In this document: in pieces, positions 53,601 to 64,000 of the stretch
How positions within the stretch are numbered: position 1 is the stretch's first letter
How the letters are laid out: each line of letters opens with the position of its first letter
Source of the DNA: Mytilus trossulus
Taxonomy: Eukaryota
Reading direction: 5' to 3'
DNA: 64,000 bases
NCBI RefSeq assembly: GCF_036588685.1
Contig: NC_086373.1
Coordinates: 68,386,001 to 68,450,000, forward strand
Notes under the pieces: generated by a model
What the model saw: only the letters and a program-made list of their open reading frames with translations
Databases searched by the model: none
What the model was told of the DNA's origin: nothing
Program-made: the position numbers and the translations under genes

Positions 53601-56600
53601 GAGACTAATGGATGGCATTTATAATTCATTCTAATATGACGTGCTTCTTTCGCTTTGTTAACAACACTGTGATAAAATTCTCTATATATCTATACTTCAG
53701 TGTCTTCCCTAGAAAATTCTTGATGCATGGTGGGTCTAAGATGAATTTGCAACGCGGTGTGCGGCTTTGATTTGTAGAAAAAAAATTCTTACACAATACA
53801 CTAGTGAAATGAATTGTTCATGTCAGTTTAAAAACTTCACATCAATCTGCAATACAGTTAGGAACAATACTTAACATTTTTTCTCAAAGCCAGCTGGATC
53901 CAAAAGTTTTTTCAAGGGCCCTGTAGAATTTTTTTAGGCTCTACCAGGTTTTTTTTTACTACAGGTACATACTTATTAATAGTCTGGAATGTTCTTATAT
54001 AAAAGCCAAAAATATATGTTTGAAATACCTTAAACATGTAGCTTGTTTCTGATTTAATATGATGGAAATAATAAAGGAATTAAAAAAAACATAAACATGA
54101 GTCTTTTTAGAATTAAAATCCATTTAACCATGTATTTTCAGACTTGTTAACTTTATGAGGGGGAGGACAGGGTATATCCTTCTCCCTTCTCCCACCCCTC
54201 TTCTCCTTTCTCCTACCCCTCTTCTTTTCTTTTTTTTAATTTACCGGAAAAAAGAGAGGTATTTTATTTTCTCATATTTTATTTTTTGTTCCAACTTTTT
54301 CTCCTTTCTCCCAGCCTTCCTCTCCTTTCTTCTACCCCCTTTCTCCCTGTCTCCCTTCACCCTGTCCTCCCCCTCCTTTATATATTTGTAATATTGAAAA
54401 AAAAACAAAACAAAAAAACCTTTCCATATACCCCTAGATGTAAATTATTTTAATAAAAAGAGTATTATCAGTTTCACCCAAAGAAATTATTAATTTTTCA
54501 TGAATAAATCTTAGCAGTTTCCAAAATGAAATTCCTACTGTCTATAAATAACAATGAAATGTAACTGTTTCCTGTTAATAAGGGGTTTCCCGAATTTTCC
54601 CGCCAAAAAGCACATGGCTTTCAACAATTGTAAACAAAGCATTGTGATCATGGATTACAGCTTTAATTAATTTAATTTGGATATAGATATTCAACTTAAG
54701 GTACAGTCAAGCAATGTTATTACTTTCTTCTGGATTTTGAAAACTAGTTTGAAAGATCAATTGAAAATAAAATAATTTTTGAAATCAAAACAAAAACTAT
54801 CTTAATTGTGAATATTCAGTGACCCATAAATTTGTTGAACTCTGCTATGGAGGTCAAAGGTATTCTCTGTTAAAACTAATCAACTGGGTTTGATATAAAT
54901 ATTTCGATGTCAGACTTGAGTTATGATTTCAAAACGTAAAATTTATACTGCCAAAGGTTTACTTTAAATTTTTTCACGGAAGGATATTTGGAAGCTGTAT
55001 CAGGCTAAAATATTTATCATTAAATCAATTTGAACTCCCGATTTCTATTATGCAATCGAAGTCTTCAATGTTGTTCTATCTAATCAATGTGTTGTAAAAT
55101 CAGAGCGTTGCATCTAATTATGATCAATTATCAGGCCAGTGAGTTTGAAACACCTGTAGAGTTTTGTCAATTGTCACTTCATATTATAAGATAATAAAAA
55201 TTTCACACATAGCGGGATGCATAGCGGGTATGATAAATGCATGGCGGCCGAAATTTTATGCGTAGCGGTACCGCAATGCATGAATAGCCTAGGGAAAACA
55301 CTGTACTTAGCGCAGACTCCGTTGACTTGTGTACATAATAATGGCTGTTACAATATACTTCCCACGTAAATCCACATGTAAAGAAACCTATTTGCAAACC
55401 CTTTGCCGATTTTATTGTTTTAAAAATAGCAATTAAAAAGAGACTAAATCACTCTTATTCTTATTCGGATGCATGATAAAAAGAAGTAATGCACAATACC
55501 TCGGAGAAACCAACAAAATGAAAATAAAATAAAATTCCCAGAAAGTTTATTAATGTTTTTGGCGCATTTTTAAAGTCATTTCAAAACATGAAGTCATACA
55601 AATGAAAACGTTAGAGTTGAAAGTTTTCTGTTATGTGAACCATTGCAATGTTGTTTACTATTGTATTAAAATTAATTATCAAGGTAGGTTTTGTTTGATT
55701 TTCTATTCTATTGCACTATATATTCGCATATTCACTGATTTCAGCAAGTCAACATGGCGGCTCCTTAGTTACGAAATGTCAACTTTCGATTTGACGGTAG
55801 CTTATGAGAAAAACATGTAAATCAAAATGACAATTGTTGGTTTTGAAAATGAAACAGATTTTTATTCTAGCGGTTGTTAACGAAAAAATCCATACAAGCA
55901 ACGGCTTTATTAGAATGTTTGAGCTTTATCTAACAGGGAGTAAAAAAGAACAGCCACACACACAGCTTTACAAACCCTCGCTTCAGTTTTTTTAATGATT
56001 GTATTTGTCCTATTAGAAGCGAAATAATTCATGAAAGCCATAGATTATTGGAAATTTACACATGGCCTAGGCCGTGATATTCCTTAATTTTATCCCTTGC
56101 TAACGCTCAGGATAAAATTCTAATATCACGGCTCAGGCCATGTGTAAATTTCCAATAATCTATGGCTTCCATGAATTATTTCTTAAATTTAATATGGAGA
56201 TGAAAAGCATGAGGTTACTGCATTGTAATGTAACATAATTGCCTTATATTTTCTAGTACCACTTGCTGACTGTGACCTCAAAAAATATTAGGCAAAAGAA
56301 TCAGAGGGAAAATGAACAGTTGAAAATAGCAAACTATATCAGATACATTTTGTAGATTGATTGTCAGATGAAAATAAAATATTTTAACATTTTTATTAGG
56401 TCCACCAATAGCATCGTCTACTCCAGCCTTGGGACTTGGTCCACCTATGCATACATCTAGTCCAAAGCCAGGATTGAGGTCCAGAGGTTCTGCATTAAGT
56501 GGAAGTTCCAGACCAGGTTCACTTGGAGAAAAAAGTAATGTGAATGGGGAGACTCCACCAGAACTTATAGAGGAAGGAACTTTTGGTAAATTATAGGATT

Positions 56601-59600
56601 TTATATTGATTGAAATTGAATGCATGTATTTGGGTTTTTAATGCCAGGAAAAGAGCTGTCAGTTCAAATATTTCTTGTTGACTTGTTTCTTTTGCATGAA
56701 ATAGCTGATCAATATGACTTGAATAGAATACTGTGGATTCATTAATATTTGTTGGATACCAATTTTTGTGGATTTCATGGGTACAAGAGAACTTCAAATT
56801 AAAACAAAAATCGATTTTTAGTTACTTTTACAGGAATAAACAATAAAACCATAAAACTATGTACCCTCAAAATAGCCTTTTTTTCTCATTGGAAATTGAT
56901 GCCAACCAAAAATAAATGAATCCACATGATTCCACTGTTTAGTTAAATATTTCTAGTTGTGTACTGTAAATTCAGAAATGATTACAATGTTTTCTTTTTT
57001 GCAAATAATGTGAATAGTCAACTACCACAATAATAAGAAATTGGTTACTGATATAGTAAATACATCTGTATGCAGATTTCCTAAATCGCAATAATTAATA
57101 TCTCTTTTTTTGTCCTTTCATGAAAAATCATTATGATTAATGCATGCAGTTATTTCTGAATTTACTGAAATTATTCAAACTCAGTTGAGCCTTTCAGTAA
57201 CAGTCAAAACTTGCATCAATTTAAACAGGATTTTTTTTATGTTAAATATTATGTTTTCACTATTAAAAGAACAATTTAGTTTTATGTTTAAACTCAATGT
57301 CTTGATGATAATAAAAATCTTAAAAATGATTATTTTTTTATTAAGATTTTTTCCAAACTTTTCAGAAGACACAGTATGGAACCAGTCCATGGATATAGAG
57401 AATATTGACCCTTCACAAAAACATGTGCAGGAGAAACAGGAAAGAAGTAGGACATCAATACCTATGTCTAAAACACCTATCAGAGAAAACACTCTTAATA
57501 ACCATTTTCCTGTAACCAAAGGTTCTGTGGCTGTTAGGAAAGTGTCTGTTAATGGTAGGCTGATAATTGCTTATCTCCCATTGCTGCTGTCAACTGTGTT
57601 TTCTTTTTGATTATCTCACCTTTTTTTGTTCTGAAGAACATTTTTCTCAATTATCTCCCTTTCTTGTTTGTCTGTCACTTGTTTTTTGCGTGTTGATTAT
57701 CTGCCTTTCTATTTTTTTCTGTTGCCTGTTTTTCATGATTATCTCCCTTTCTTGTTTGTCTGTCACCTGTTTTTTGCGTGTTGATTTTCTGCCTTTCTAT
57801 TTTTTTTCTGTTGCCTGTTTTTCATGATTATCTCCCTTTCTTGTTTGTCTGTTACCTGTTTTTTGCTTGTTGATTATCTGCCTTTCTATTTTTTTCTGTT
57901 GCATGTTTTTCATGATTATCTCCCTTTCTTGTTTGTCTGTCACCTGTTTTTTGCGTGTTGATAATCTGCCTTTCTATTTTTTTCTGTTGCCAGTTTTTCA
58001 TGATTATCTCCCTTTCTTGTTTGTCTATCACCTGGTTTTTCGTGTTGCTTATCTCACTTTCTGCTTTTTCTGTTGCCTGTTCTTCTTGATTATCTCCTTT
58101 TCATGTTTGTTTGTCATCTGTTTTTATGCCCAACCTATGAAAGTAGAGGAACAATATGTTTTTTGGTCTGTTCATCGGTTCGTTTGTTTGCTCATATGTT
58201 TATTTGTTCGTCGGTCCATCTGTCCCACTTCAGGTTAAAGTTTTTGGTCAAGGTAGTTTTTGATGAAGTTGAAGTAAAATCAACTTGAAACTTAGTACAT
58301 ATGTTCCCTATAATATGATCTTTTTAATTTTAATGCCAAATAGAGTTATAAGGTTATACTGATTGCAATAATGATAGTGCAAGTGGGGCAAGCATCTACT
58401 ACGGACACATTCTTGTTTTTTGTTCATTATCTGCGTTTCTGTTTTGTTCTGTTGCCTGTTCTTCTTGATTATCTCCTTTTCATGTTTGTTTATCACCTGT
58501 TTTTATGCCCAACCTATGAAAGTAGAGGAACAATATGTTTTTTGGTCTGTTCATTTGTTCGTTTGTTCGCTCATATGTTTATTTGTTCGTCCGTCCATCT
58601 GTCCCGCTTCAGGTTAAAGTTTTTGGTCAAGGTAGTTTTTGATGAAGTTGAAGTAAAATCAACTTGAAACTTAGTACACATGTTCCCTTTAATATGATCT
58701 TTTTAATTTTGATGCCAAATAGAGTTATAAGGTTATACTGATTGCAAAAATGATAGAGCGAGTGGGGCAAGCATCTACTACGGACACATTCTTGTTTTTT
58801 GTTCATTATCTGCGTTTCTGTTTTTTTCTGTTGCCTGTTCTTCTTGATTATCTCCTTTTCATGTTTGTTTATCACCTGTTTTTATGCCCAACCTATGAAA
58901 GAAGAGGAACAATATGTTTTTTGGTCTGTTCATTTGTTCGTTTGTTCGCTCATATGTTTATTTGTTCGTTCGTCCATCTGTCCCGCTTCAGGTTAAAGTT
59001 TTTGGTCAAGGTAGTTTTTGATGAAGTTGAAGTAAAATCACCTTGAAACTTAGTACACATGTTCCCTTTAATATGATCTTTTTAATTTTAATGTCAAATA
59101 GAGTTATAAGGTTATACTGATTGCAAAAATGATAGTGCGAGTGGGGCAAGCATCTACTACGGACACATTCTTGTTCTTTGTTCATTATCTGGGTTTCTGT
59201 TTTTTCTGTTGCCTGTATTACATGATTATCTCCCTTTCTTGTTTGTCTGTCACCTGGTTTTTTATGTTGATTATCTCAATTTTTGATTTTTCTGTTGCCA
59301 GTTTTTCTTGATTATCTCCCTTTCTTGTTTGTCACCTGTTTTTTCTCTTTGATTATCTCCCTTTTTTTCTCCAAAAAATCCTACTGGTATCCTGTTTACA
59401 GAATATAAAAGCTTTCCTGTAACTGAAGGTCAATGCTGTAATAACTTACTAAGTTTTGGCCATGGTCAATTTGGTCTAGAGATTTATGTCTATTGGGGGC
59501 TTTTCATTTGTGTTAAAGGGGAGATAATTCAAATGTATTATTTCAGTTTGTAGTCTGGTTAGTGCTAGATATAGTTAGTGTGAGTGCCAATGAGACAACT

Positions 59601-60083
59601 CTCCATTCAAATAATCCATTTTAAAGGCTTGGAAATATTGTGAAATGAGGAGCAGTTAGTTCACTCCTAAGTCAGCCTGAATATTTACTTAAATGATTTG
59701 TCATTGCATGACAATTTTGTTGTAGCACTCGTTTTCTTCACCTATCCATACTTAATTTCCACATGAAATTGAATTCAAAGTTTATTTAAAATTTTGAGAT
59801 GTCATGATTTGTATCTGCATACCAATAATAAATATATGCTTATCTTTAGAATAACAAAGATTGCAGACATTTTTTGCTAATAACGAGAAAGAGTGAAATG
59901 ACTCAAGAAGGATAAAAGAAGAGAATGATTTTTACTCAAGTTTGAATTAAAAAGAAATTATAAAAAAAACATTAAAAATGTTTCCCAGGAATTATGTAAA
60001 AGTTATTATGGAACTCAGCTTTGTTTTTGTTTTTTGCAGATGATTATAATAGTGTACAGAAAAGAAGAAAGGTTGATGTATGA
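41647..60083 (+). CDS. RAD52: DNA repair protein RAD52, 11 coding exons, 1665 nt / 554 aa (gene span)
   Basis: Exons 41647-41676, 44114-44215, 44880-44973, 48622-48689, 49275-49393, 50400-50475, 51549-52168, 53280-53416, 56400-56585, 57366-57554 and 60040-60083 are all GT-AG with consistent phases. Confidence 0.92.
42071..42497 (-). mobile_element. TRIM (miniature LTR retrotransposon) with tRNA-like LTR, Helenus-type
   Basis: LTRs 42071-42194 and 42315-42497 with TGT...ACA ends. On the minus strand, PBS TGGCGCCCAAC (42303-13) and PPT GAGATGGGGGAAG (42195-207). TSD TAAT on both sides. Confidence 0.88.
42353..42424 (-). pseudogene. tRNA-like sequence (Thr-TGT-like) embedded in the TRIM LTR
   Basis: A-box TAGCTCAGTCGG, B-box GGTTCGAGTCC and TGT in the anticodon loop; the acceptor and D stems pair poorly. 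Confidence 0.7.
43978..44096. repeat. 46-bp tandem repeat, about 2.5 copies
   Basis: TAAAGTTGTGTATAGATTTTTATATGAA.ATTTTTTGATACTGCAC repeated up to the RAD52 exon 2 acceptor. Confidence 0.85.
44114..44215 (+). CDS. RAD52: RAD52 exon 2 ([34 protein letters not shown])
   Basis: Contains the Rad52/22 family motif LRQRLGPE; AG/GT boundaries. Confidence 0.95.
44880..44973 (+). CDS. RAD52: RAD52 exon 3 ([31 protein letters not shown])
   Basis: Contains the YIEG and ANxxFGFNGW motifs; AG/GT boundaries. Confidence 0.95.
46690..48085. repeat. Minisatellite, ~125-bp unit, ~11 diverged copies
   Basis: Recurring ATGTATGGGACAATATAACAAATC...TCACCCCACCCCTCCTGTTTGAGAACTTGGAAAC...CCCTAAACCATAT. Confidence 0.88.
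48622..48689 (+). CDS. RAD52: RAD52 exon 4 ([23 protein letters not shown])
   Basis: Contains the DFVD...VKVQLK motif; splice sites in phase. Confidence 0.95.
49275..49393 (+). CDS. RAD52: RAD52 exon 5 ([40 protein letters not shown])
   Basis: Contains the HEDVGYG and [15 protein letters not shown] signature motifs. Confidence 0.97.
49676..49823. mobile_element. Foldback/hairpin MITE
   Basis: Inverted arms ATTGATGCAAGCTATACT...CATGGG / CCCATG...AGTATAGCTTGCATCAAT. Confidence 0.75.
50400..50475 (+). CDS. RAD52: RAD52 exon 6 ([25 protein letters not shown])
   Basis: Contains the FGNxLGNC and DKDYL motifs. Confidence 0.95.
51549..52168 (+). CDS. RAD52: RAD52 exon 7 (Ser-rich disordered region)
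   Basis: 620-nt open frame with TTCCAG acceptor and AG|GTAAAG donor, in phase with the neighbouring exons. Confidence 0.88.
53280..53416 (+). CDS. RAD52: RAD52 exon 8 (RPA-binding-like [15 protein letters not shown])
   Basis: Resembles the RQKQ-containing RPA-binding segment of vertebrate RAD52; phases are consistent. Confidence 0.88.
56021..56182. mobile_element. Foldback/hairpin MITE
   Basis: Long inverted arms GAAATAATTCATG.AAGCCATAGATTATTGGAAATTTACACATGGCC around a GCTAACGCTC loop. Confidence 0.8.
56400..56585 (+). CDS. RAD52: RAD52 exon 9 ([14 protein letters not shown]...EEGTF)
   Basis: 186-nt GC-richer open frame with phase 1/1 splice sites. Confidence 0.78.
57366..57554 (+). CDS. 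RAD52: RAD52 exon 10 ([15 protein letters not shown]...VSVN)
   Basis: 189-nt open frame, TTTCAG acceptor, GTAGG donor, phase 1/1. Confidence 0.78.
57590..59375. repeat. Compound tandem array: T-rich ~40-bp subunits plus a 379-bp unit triplicated around a short HINE-like element
   Basis: GATTATCTCCCTTTCTTGTTTGTCTGTCACCTG subunits. The 379-bp period is visible from repeated ORF starts at 58371, 58750 and 59129. Confidence 0.88.
60040..60083 (+). CDS. RAD52: RAD52 terminal exon ([14 protein letters not shown]-stop)
   Basis: Strong TTTTTGCAG acceptor. The basic C-terminal NLS-like KRRK is positioned as in vertebrate RAD52. AATAAA at 60164. Confidence 0.8.
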
Positions 60084-60874
60084 CTTCATGAATAATCAGA
60101 AGTTATTTTATTTTAATAAGACTAAAGATTGATGTACAACACATTTAATACAGAAATATTATTAATAAAAGTGTCGAAATGAGTTTGAATCGGTCAGATC
60201 TCATAATGAACATGTGAACAAAGAACCAGTATTTGATATACTTCCAACATTTTACTTATTGTATGATGTATGTCAATTCAATGCTGTAAAAAGAGCTTCA
60301 TATATTTATAGTGTTTGTGTGTATTTATGCCTTTCAAAGATGTGCAATTTCCATTTACTCATTGTCATTATATATCATTGTAAATGTTTAATCAGGTTGT
60401 GATAAATATTGTATGGTTTCATTGAAAAAATATTAACGGTTTGCATGTCTAATTGATAAATGTATATTGATTATTTGTACCAAAGACTGACCAACCAGAA
60501 TTATTTTTGTAGTAATTTACACATACTATTTTAAAGTTACAACATAATTTATTGTTGATCCTACACAGAATAAAACATGTAACACCAACCATTTTTAGTG
60601 TTCAGCATTTTTTTCTGTTGTCTATAAACTGTTTCACTGTTTCTTTTGATCCATGTTGAATTCAATTTTAGATATGAAGAAAACTATTTCATAACATGGT
60701 TTTACCCGATATTATTTAGAACATTGTGTCCCAACAGATGGATAACATTAGAAGAATAGGAAATGGTTTTGTGCAGTTGAAAATCATGCAATTACCTGAA
60801 TTATGCAATTAAGCGGTAGCAATAAAGTGGAGTTGACTGTAGTTTGTTTGAGATATTTTTTAAATGGTCCAAGA

Positions 60875-61886
60875 GAGCTTTTTTCATCACCTGGCATCTG
60901 TCATCCATCATCATCTTTGTCTGTTAACTTCTACAAAAATCTTCTCCTCTAAAACAATTATTATTGGGGTATCTAGTTTATAAAATGTGTTTGCCAATCA
61001 ACATGACCCCCATGACTATAAATAGAACATAGGGTAAAAATGAAAATTTTGTACATTATTTTGAAAAAAATTATGAAAAGAGAAAAATTGACAGGCGCAA
61101 ATATGTTTAGATTGTTCAGCTCTACCAATTGTCCATATACATTGAAATTGTTGACAAATTCTAATAGGAGTTATTACCCTTAAATAATAAATTTTATTTT
61201 TTTTTTTTCATTTTTGCCTATTATCTTTTAAAGACTGACTTTAAAAGATACAGAGAAACATTAAACTGAAAAAATTATCAGCAAGACAAGTTCTACAATT
61301 GTGTTCAATTTTCCATATCGTCAGCCAACTCCTTATTAGAGTTATTGCACTTTGATAATTTAAAAAAAAAATGTTTTTTTAGGCTTTTGCCTATATCATA
61401 AAAATGTATATTTGATAGATAGATAGATAAGCAAAAGTGATCAGTTAAACAAGATCTACAACTAAGACCATGAAAAGTATATTGTCTGACATGTCCCTTT
61501 AATGACGATTTTTATTCTTTTTGGGGGTCTTGCCTTAATTGATATAAATAATAACAGATAGATAGACACTTTAGATATCAAAAATGATCAGCAAAGGCAA
61601 GATCTACTAACAAGTCACATTTCGCTGATATAGGTAAGAGGCTGTCACACTTTAAAAGAGTGATTGCCAAGCCCCTTAAACGAGGATTTTGTTTTACCCT
61701 CTTTTGTGTCTCAAGCAAAAACTAAAAAAGTAGAAACTGAATAGACTTATGATAAGCAATACAAGATCAACAAAATAGAGATTTTTGTCATGAATTCTAT
61801 TCTAGTCTACAATGTTAGAGAGTGTCCTTAATTGAATATGCACATATACCAAGGTGAGCAACTCAGGCTCTTTAGATCTTCCAGTT
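60875..61886 (+). mobile_element. Degenerate HINE-like element related to 6741-7509 (opposite orientation)
   Basis: CAAAAATCTTCTCCTCT near the start and AAGGTGAGCAACTCAGGCTCTTTAGA...CCAGTT at the end mirror 6741-7509. Confidence 0.55.
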
Positions 61887-62204
61887 TAGCCTGCTAACAA
61901 GGCATATATTGTGGTTGTCAATGTGTGGATAAAGAAATACCTAAATGGTAAGTTTTTTGTTTATTTCAGCTATTGATTAAATTGACATGTATTTTTTGGA
62001 GAACTTGATTCATGGATACTGAGTACTTGGTATTCCACAAATATTGCATCAAAAGCCTTCCAGCTATTAACCAGCTTTTCTTGAATCTGGAAGGTTTGGT
62101 GACAATTATAACAAGAGCTGTTAAAATTGGTGACTGTTTAAGACAAAATTACTTGGATCCCCCACAATTGTGCTAATTCATATAGGTAGCTATCTTTTTT
62201 ATAA

Positions 62205-62470
62205 CATTTTTTAAGCCCCATTTATGGGCATTGTGTTTTCTGGTTTGTGCATCTGTCCTTTCCTCTGTCCTGCTTCAGGTTAAAGTTTTTGGTCAAGGTA
62301 GGTTTTGATGAAGTTGAAGTCAACTTGAAACTTAGTACACATGTTCCCTATGATATGATCTTTCTAATTTTGTTGCCAAATTAGAGTGTTGACCGTAATT
62401 TCAAGGTCCACTGAACATATAAAATGATAGTGTGATTGGGACATCTGTGTACTATGGACACATTCTTGTT
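62205..62470 (+). mobile_element. Short HINE-like element (same family as the unit inside the 379-bp repeat)
   Basis: CAGGTTAAAGTTTTTGGTCAAGGTAG...AACTTGAAACTTAGTACACATGTTCCCT...GGACACATTCTTGTT is shared with 58123-58417. Confidence 0.7.
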
Positions 62471-62561
62471 TTATGGCCCAGCAACAAAGTTGTCGGTGCC
62501 ATAAAGTTTTACCCTTTTCCAAAATTCTGTAAGTCAGTATTTCAGAAATTCCATAATTCAG

Positions 62562-63133
62562 AAAGGAGTAGGGCCGATTTTGGCCTCAAATTTCAGGTTC
62601 ATCTGACGAAAGATTGTGACCACTTTTTAAACACTTAAATATCTATTTTACTTGAATCAATTAGTTTATGTGAAAGATTTAAACTGATTTAGTCATAAAA
62701 AACTCACCAATTCAAGCTGAAATATAAAAAATCTACCAAATATGCCTAAAAATATCACTTTTCAGATGGTTTTTGTCAAAAATGAAAGTGGCCACATCCG
62801 TGTTCATCCTCAACCTTTATATATGTTATGTATTATCATAAAATACAACTTACATTTCAATATTAAGGATGAACACGAATGCGGCCACTTTTGTTTTACA
62901 CGAAAACTATAAAATTTAACTAAAAAGCTAAAATTGTGAGGATTTCAGTAATTTAGCATGATGTAATGGTGCTAGTACCCAATATATGTGCATAGAATTG
63001 TCAAAAACAGCCCATATTTATGTAGCAGAAGCATTTTACTGTCCAATAAATAACTAAAAGTTTAGATTTTTACAATTTTATATAACTGCTATATTTTGGG
63101 GCCAAAAAGGGGTCTTACAGGACCTACTCCTTT
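62562..63133. mobile_element. Second copy of the 3274-3864 MITE, nested in a HINE-like element
   Basis: Collinear with 3274-3864; the left TIR is shortened by about 10 bp. Flanks 62470-62561 and 63134-63433 have HINE-like ends (..ATATCTAGTT). Confidence 0.82.
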
Positions 63134-64000
63134 CGTCATTTTGTCATTCCGTGACAAACCATTAAACAAAGAGTTTTTTCTAAATGCCTTCAGATATTGG
63201 GCTGATTTTTTATATGTGAGTTAACCATGATGAGTTATAGTTCAATTTTAAGTTTCGTTCCGCTCCGCTAACTTTTAGCCAGAATTTAGGGTTTACAACT
63301 TTAAAATTGTTATACAGACTGATTTATGATATGTGAGACTACCATCATGTATGTGTCCACATGTGTTATAGAAATTGCAGATATATGAACTTTTTGAGAC
63401 AGGGACATTCGTGTTGCTTTGACATATCTAGTTTTTGTAAATTTCTGTTATATTTTTAATGAAAATGACCGTCTGTATAAAAATTGGTTATGAAAAAATG
63501 TCTGCTATAAGAATAAAAGAAATTGAATGAAGATTTGACTATTATATGAATGACGCATATTAGAATAAATAAAATCTTAAGAGGGCAACTTTTAATATTC
63601 TCACAAATTTTACTCCTTATCTGTTTGAAGGTATCAGAACACTCAACATTAATAACATAGAACCACTTCAAATAAAGTGAAGTACTTCCTTTTAGTGGTT
63701 AAGTTGGTTAATTACACATAGTACTGAATTTAACCCAAATACAGATATTAGAAAAAAATATTAATTTATTAATTTTGCTTTATATTGTCTCTGCTTGTTT
63801 GGTTATTTGAACTGTATCTAAATAAAGTTAAATTTGGCTTCATTTTATCCGCCAGGAATTACAAGCAAACACACTATAAAATTAAAGGAATTAAAGGAAT
63901 CATAATTTCTATTAATTTTATTCTAAATCTATGAAATTAGTTTGGTATGTATGATTGGAGCTTTATTAGTATTCAGGATTAAAATCTAACTAGGAGCGTA

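Noticed and set aside
56257-56291. Extra RAD52 exon after TTTTCTAG
   Set aside because: It runs into an in-frame TAG with no suitable donor; the 56400 acceptor gives a consistent model.
57567-59311. Hydrophobic Cys/Phe-rich ORFs suggesting membrane proteins
   Set aside because: They derive from T-rich tandem repeats and recur at the 379-bp period.

Overview
AT-rich eukaryotic genomic DNA with GT-AG introns. The repeat repertoire suggests a bivalve mollusc, probably Mytilus-like (inference). It holds two divergently transcribed spliced genes. On the minus strand is the 5' part of an ERC/ELKS/CAST active-zone gene (4 coding exons, 29468 down to 6496, continuing past the left edge). On the plus strand is a complete 11-exon RAD52 (41647-60083, 554 aa by my hand splicing). 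The head-to-head ERC-RAD52 pairing matches the human ERC1-RAD52 arrangement. Nested in the first ERC intron, on the same strand, is an intact single-exon ORF of about 1000 codons. It has a Crypton-type tyrosine-recombinase/DUF3504 domain with altered catalytic residues, a Q-rich N-terminus and a duplicated core-binding-like domain, so it is a candidate domesticated transposon gene. An in-frame splice acceptor could also make it an alternative last exon of ERC. RAD52 intron 1 contains a complete miniature LTR retrotransposon (PBS, PPT, 4-bp TSD) with a tRNA-like sequence in its LTR (Helenus-type TRIM). The rest is Helentron/HINE-like elements, MITEs, foldback hairpins, minisatellites and one 334-N assembly gap.
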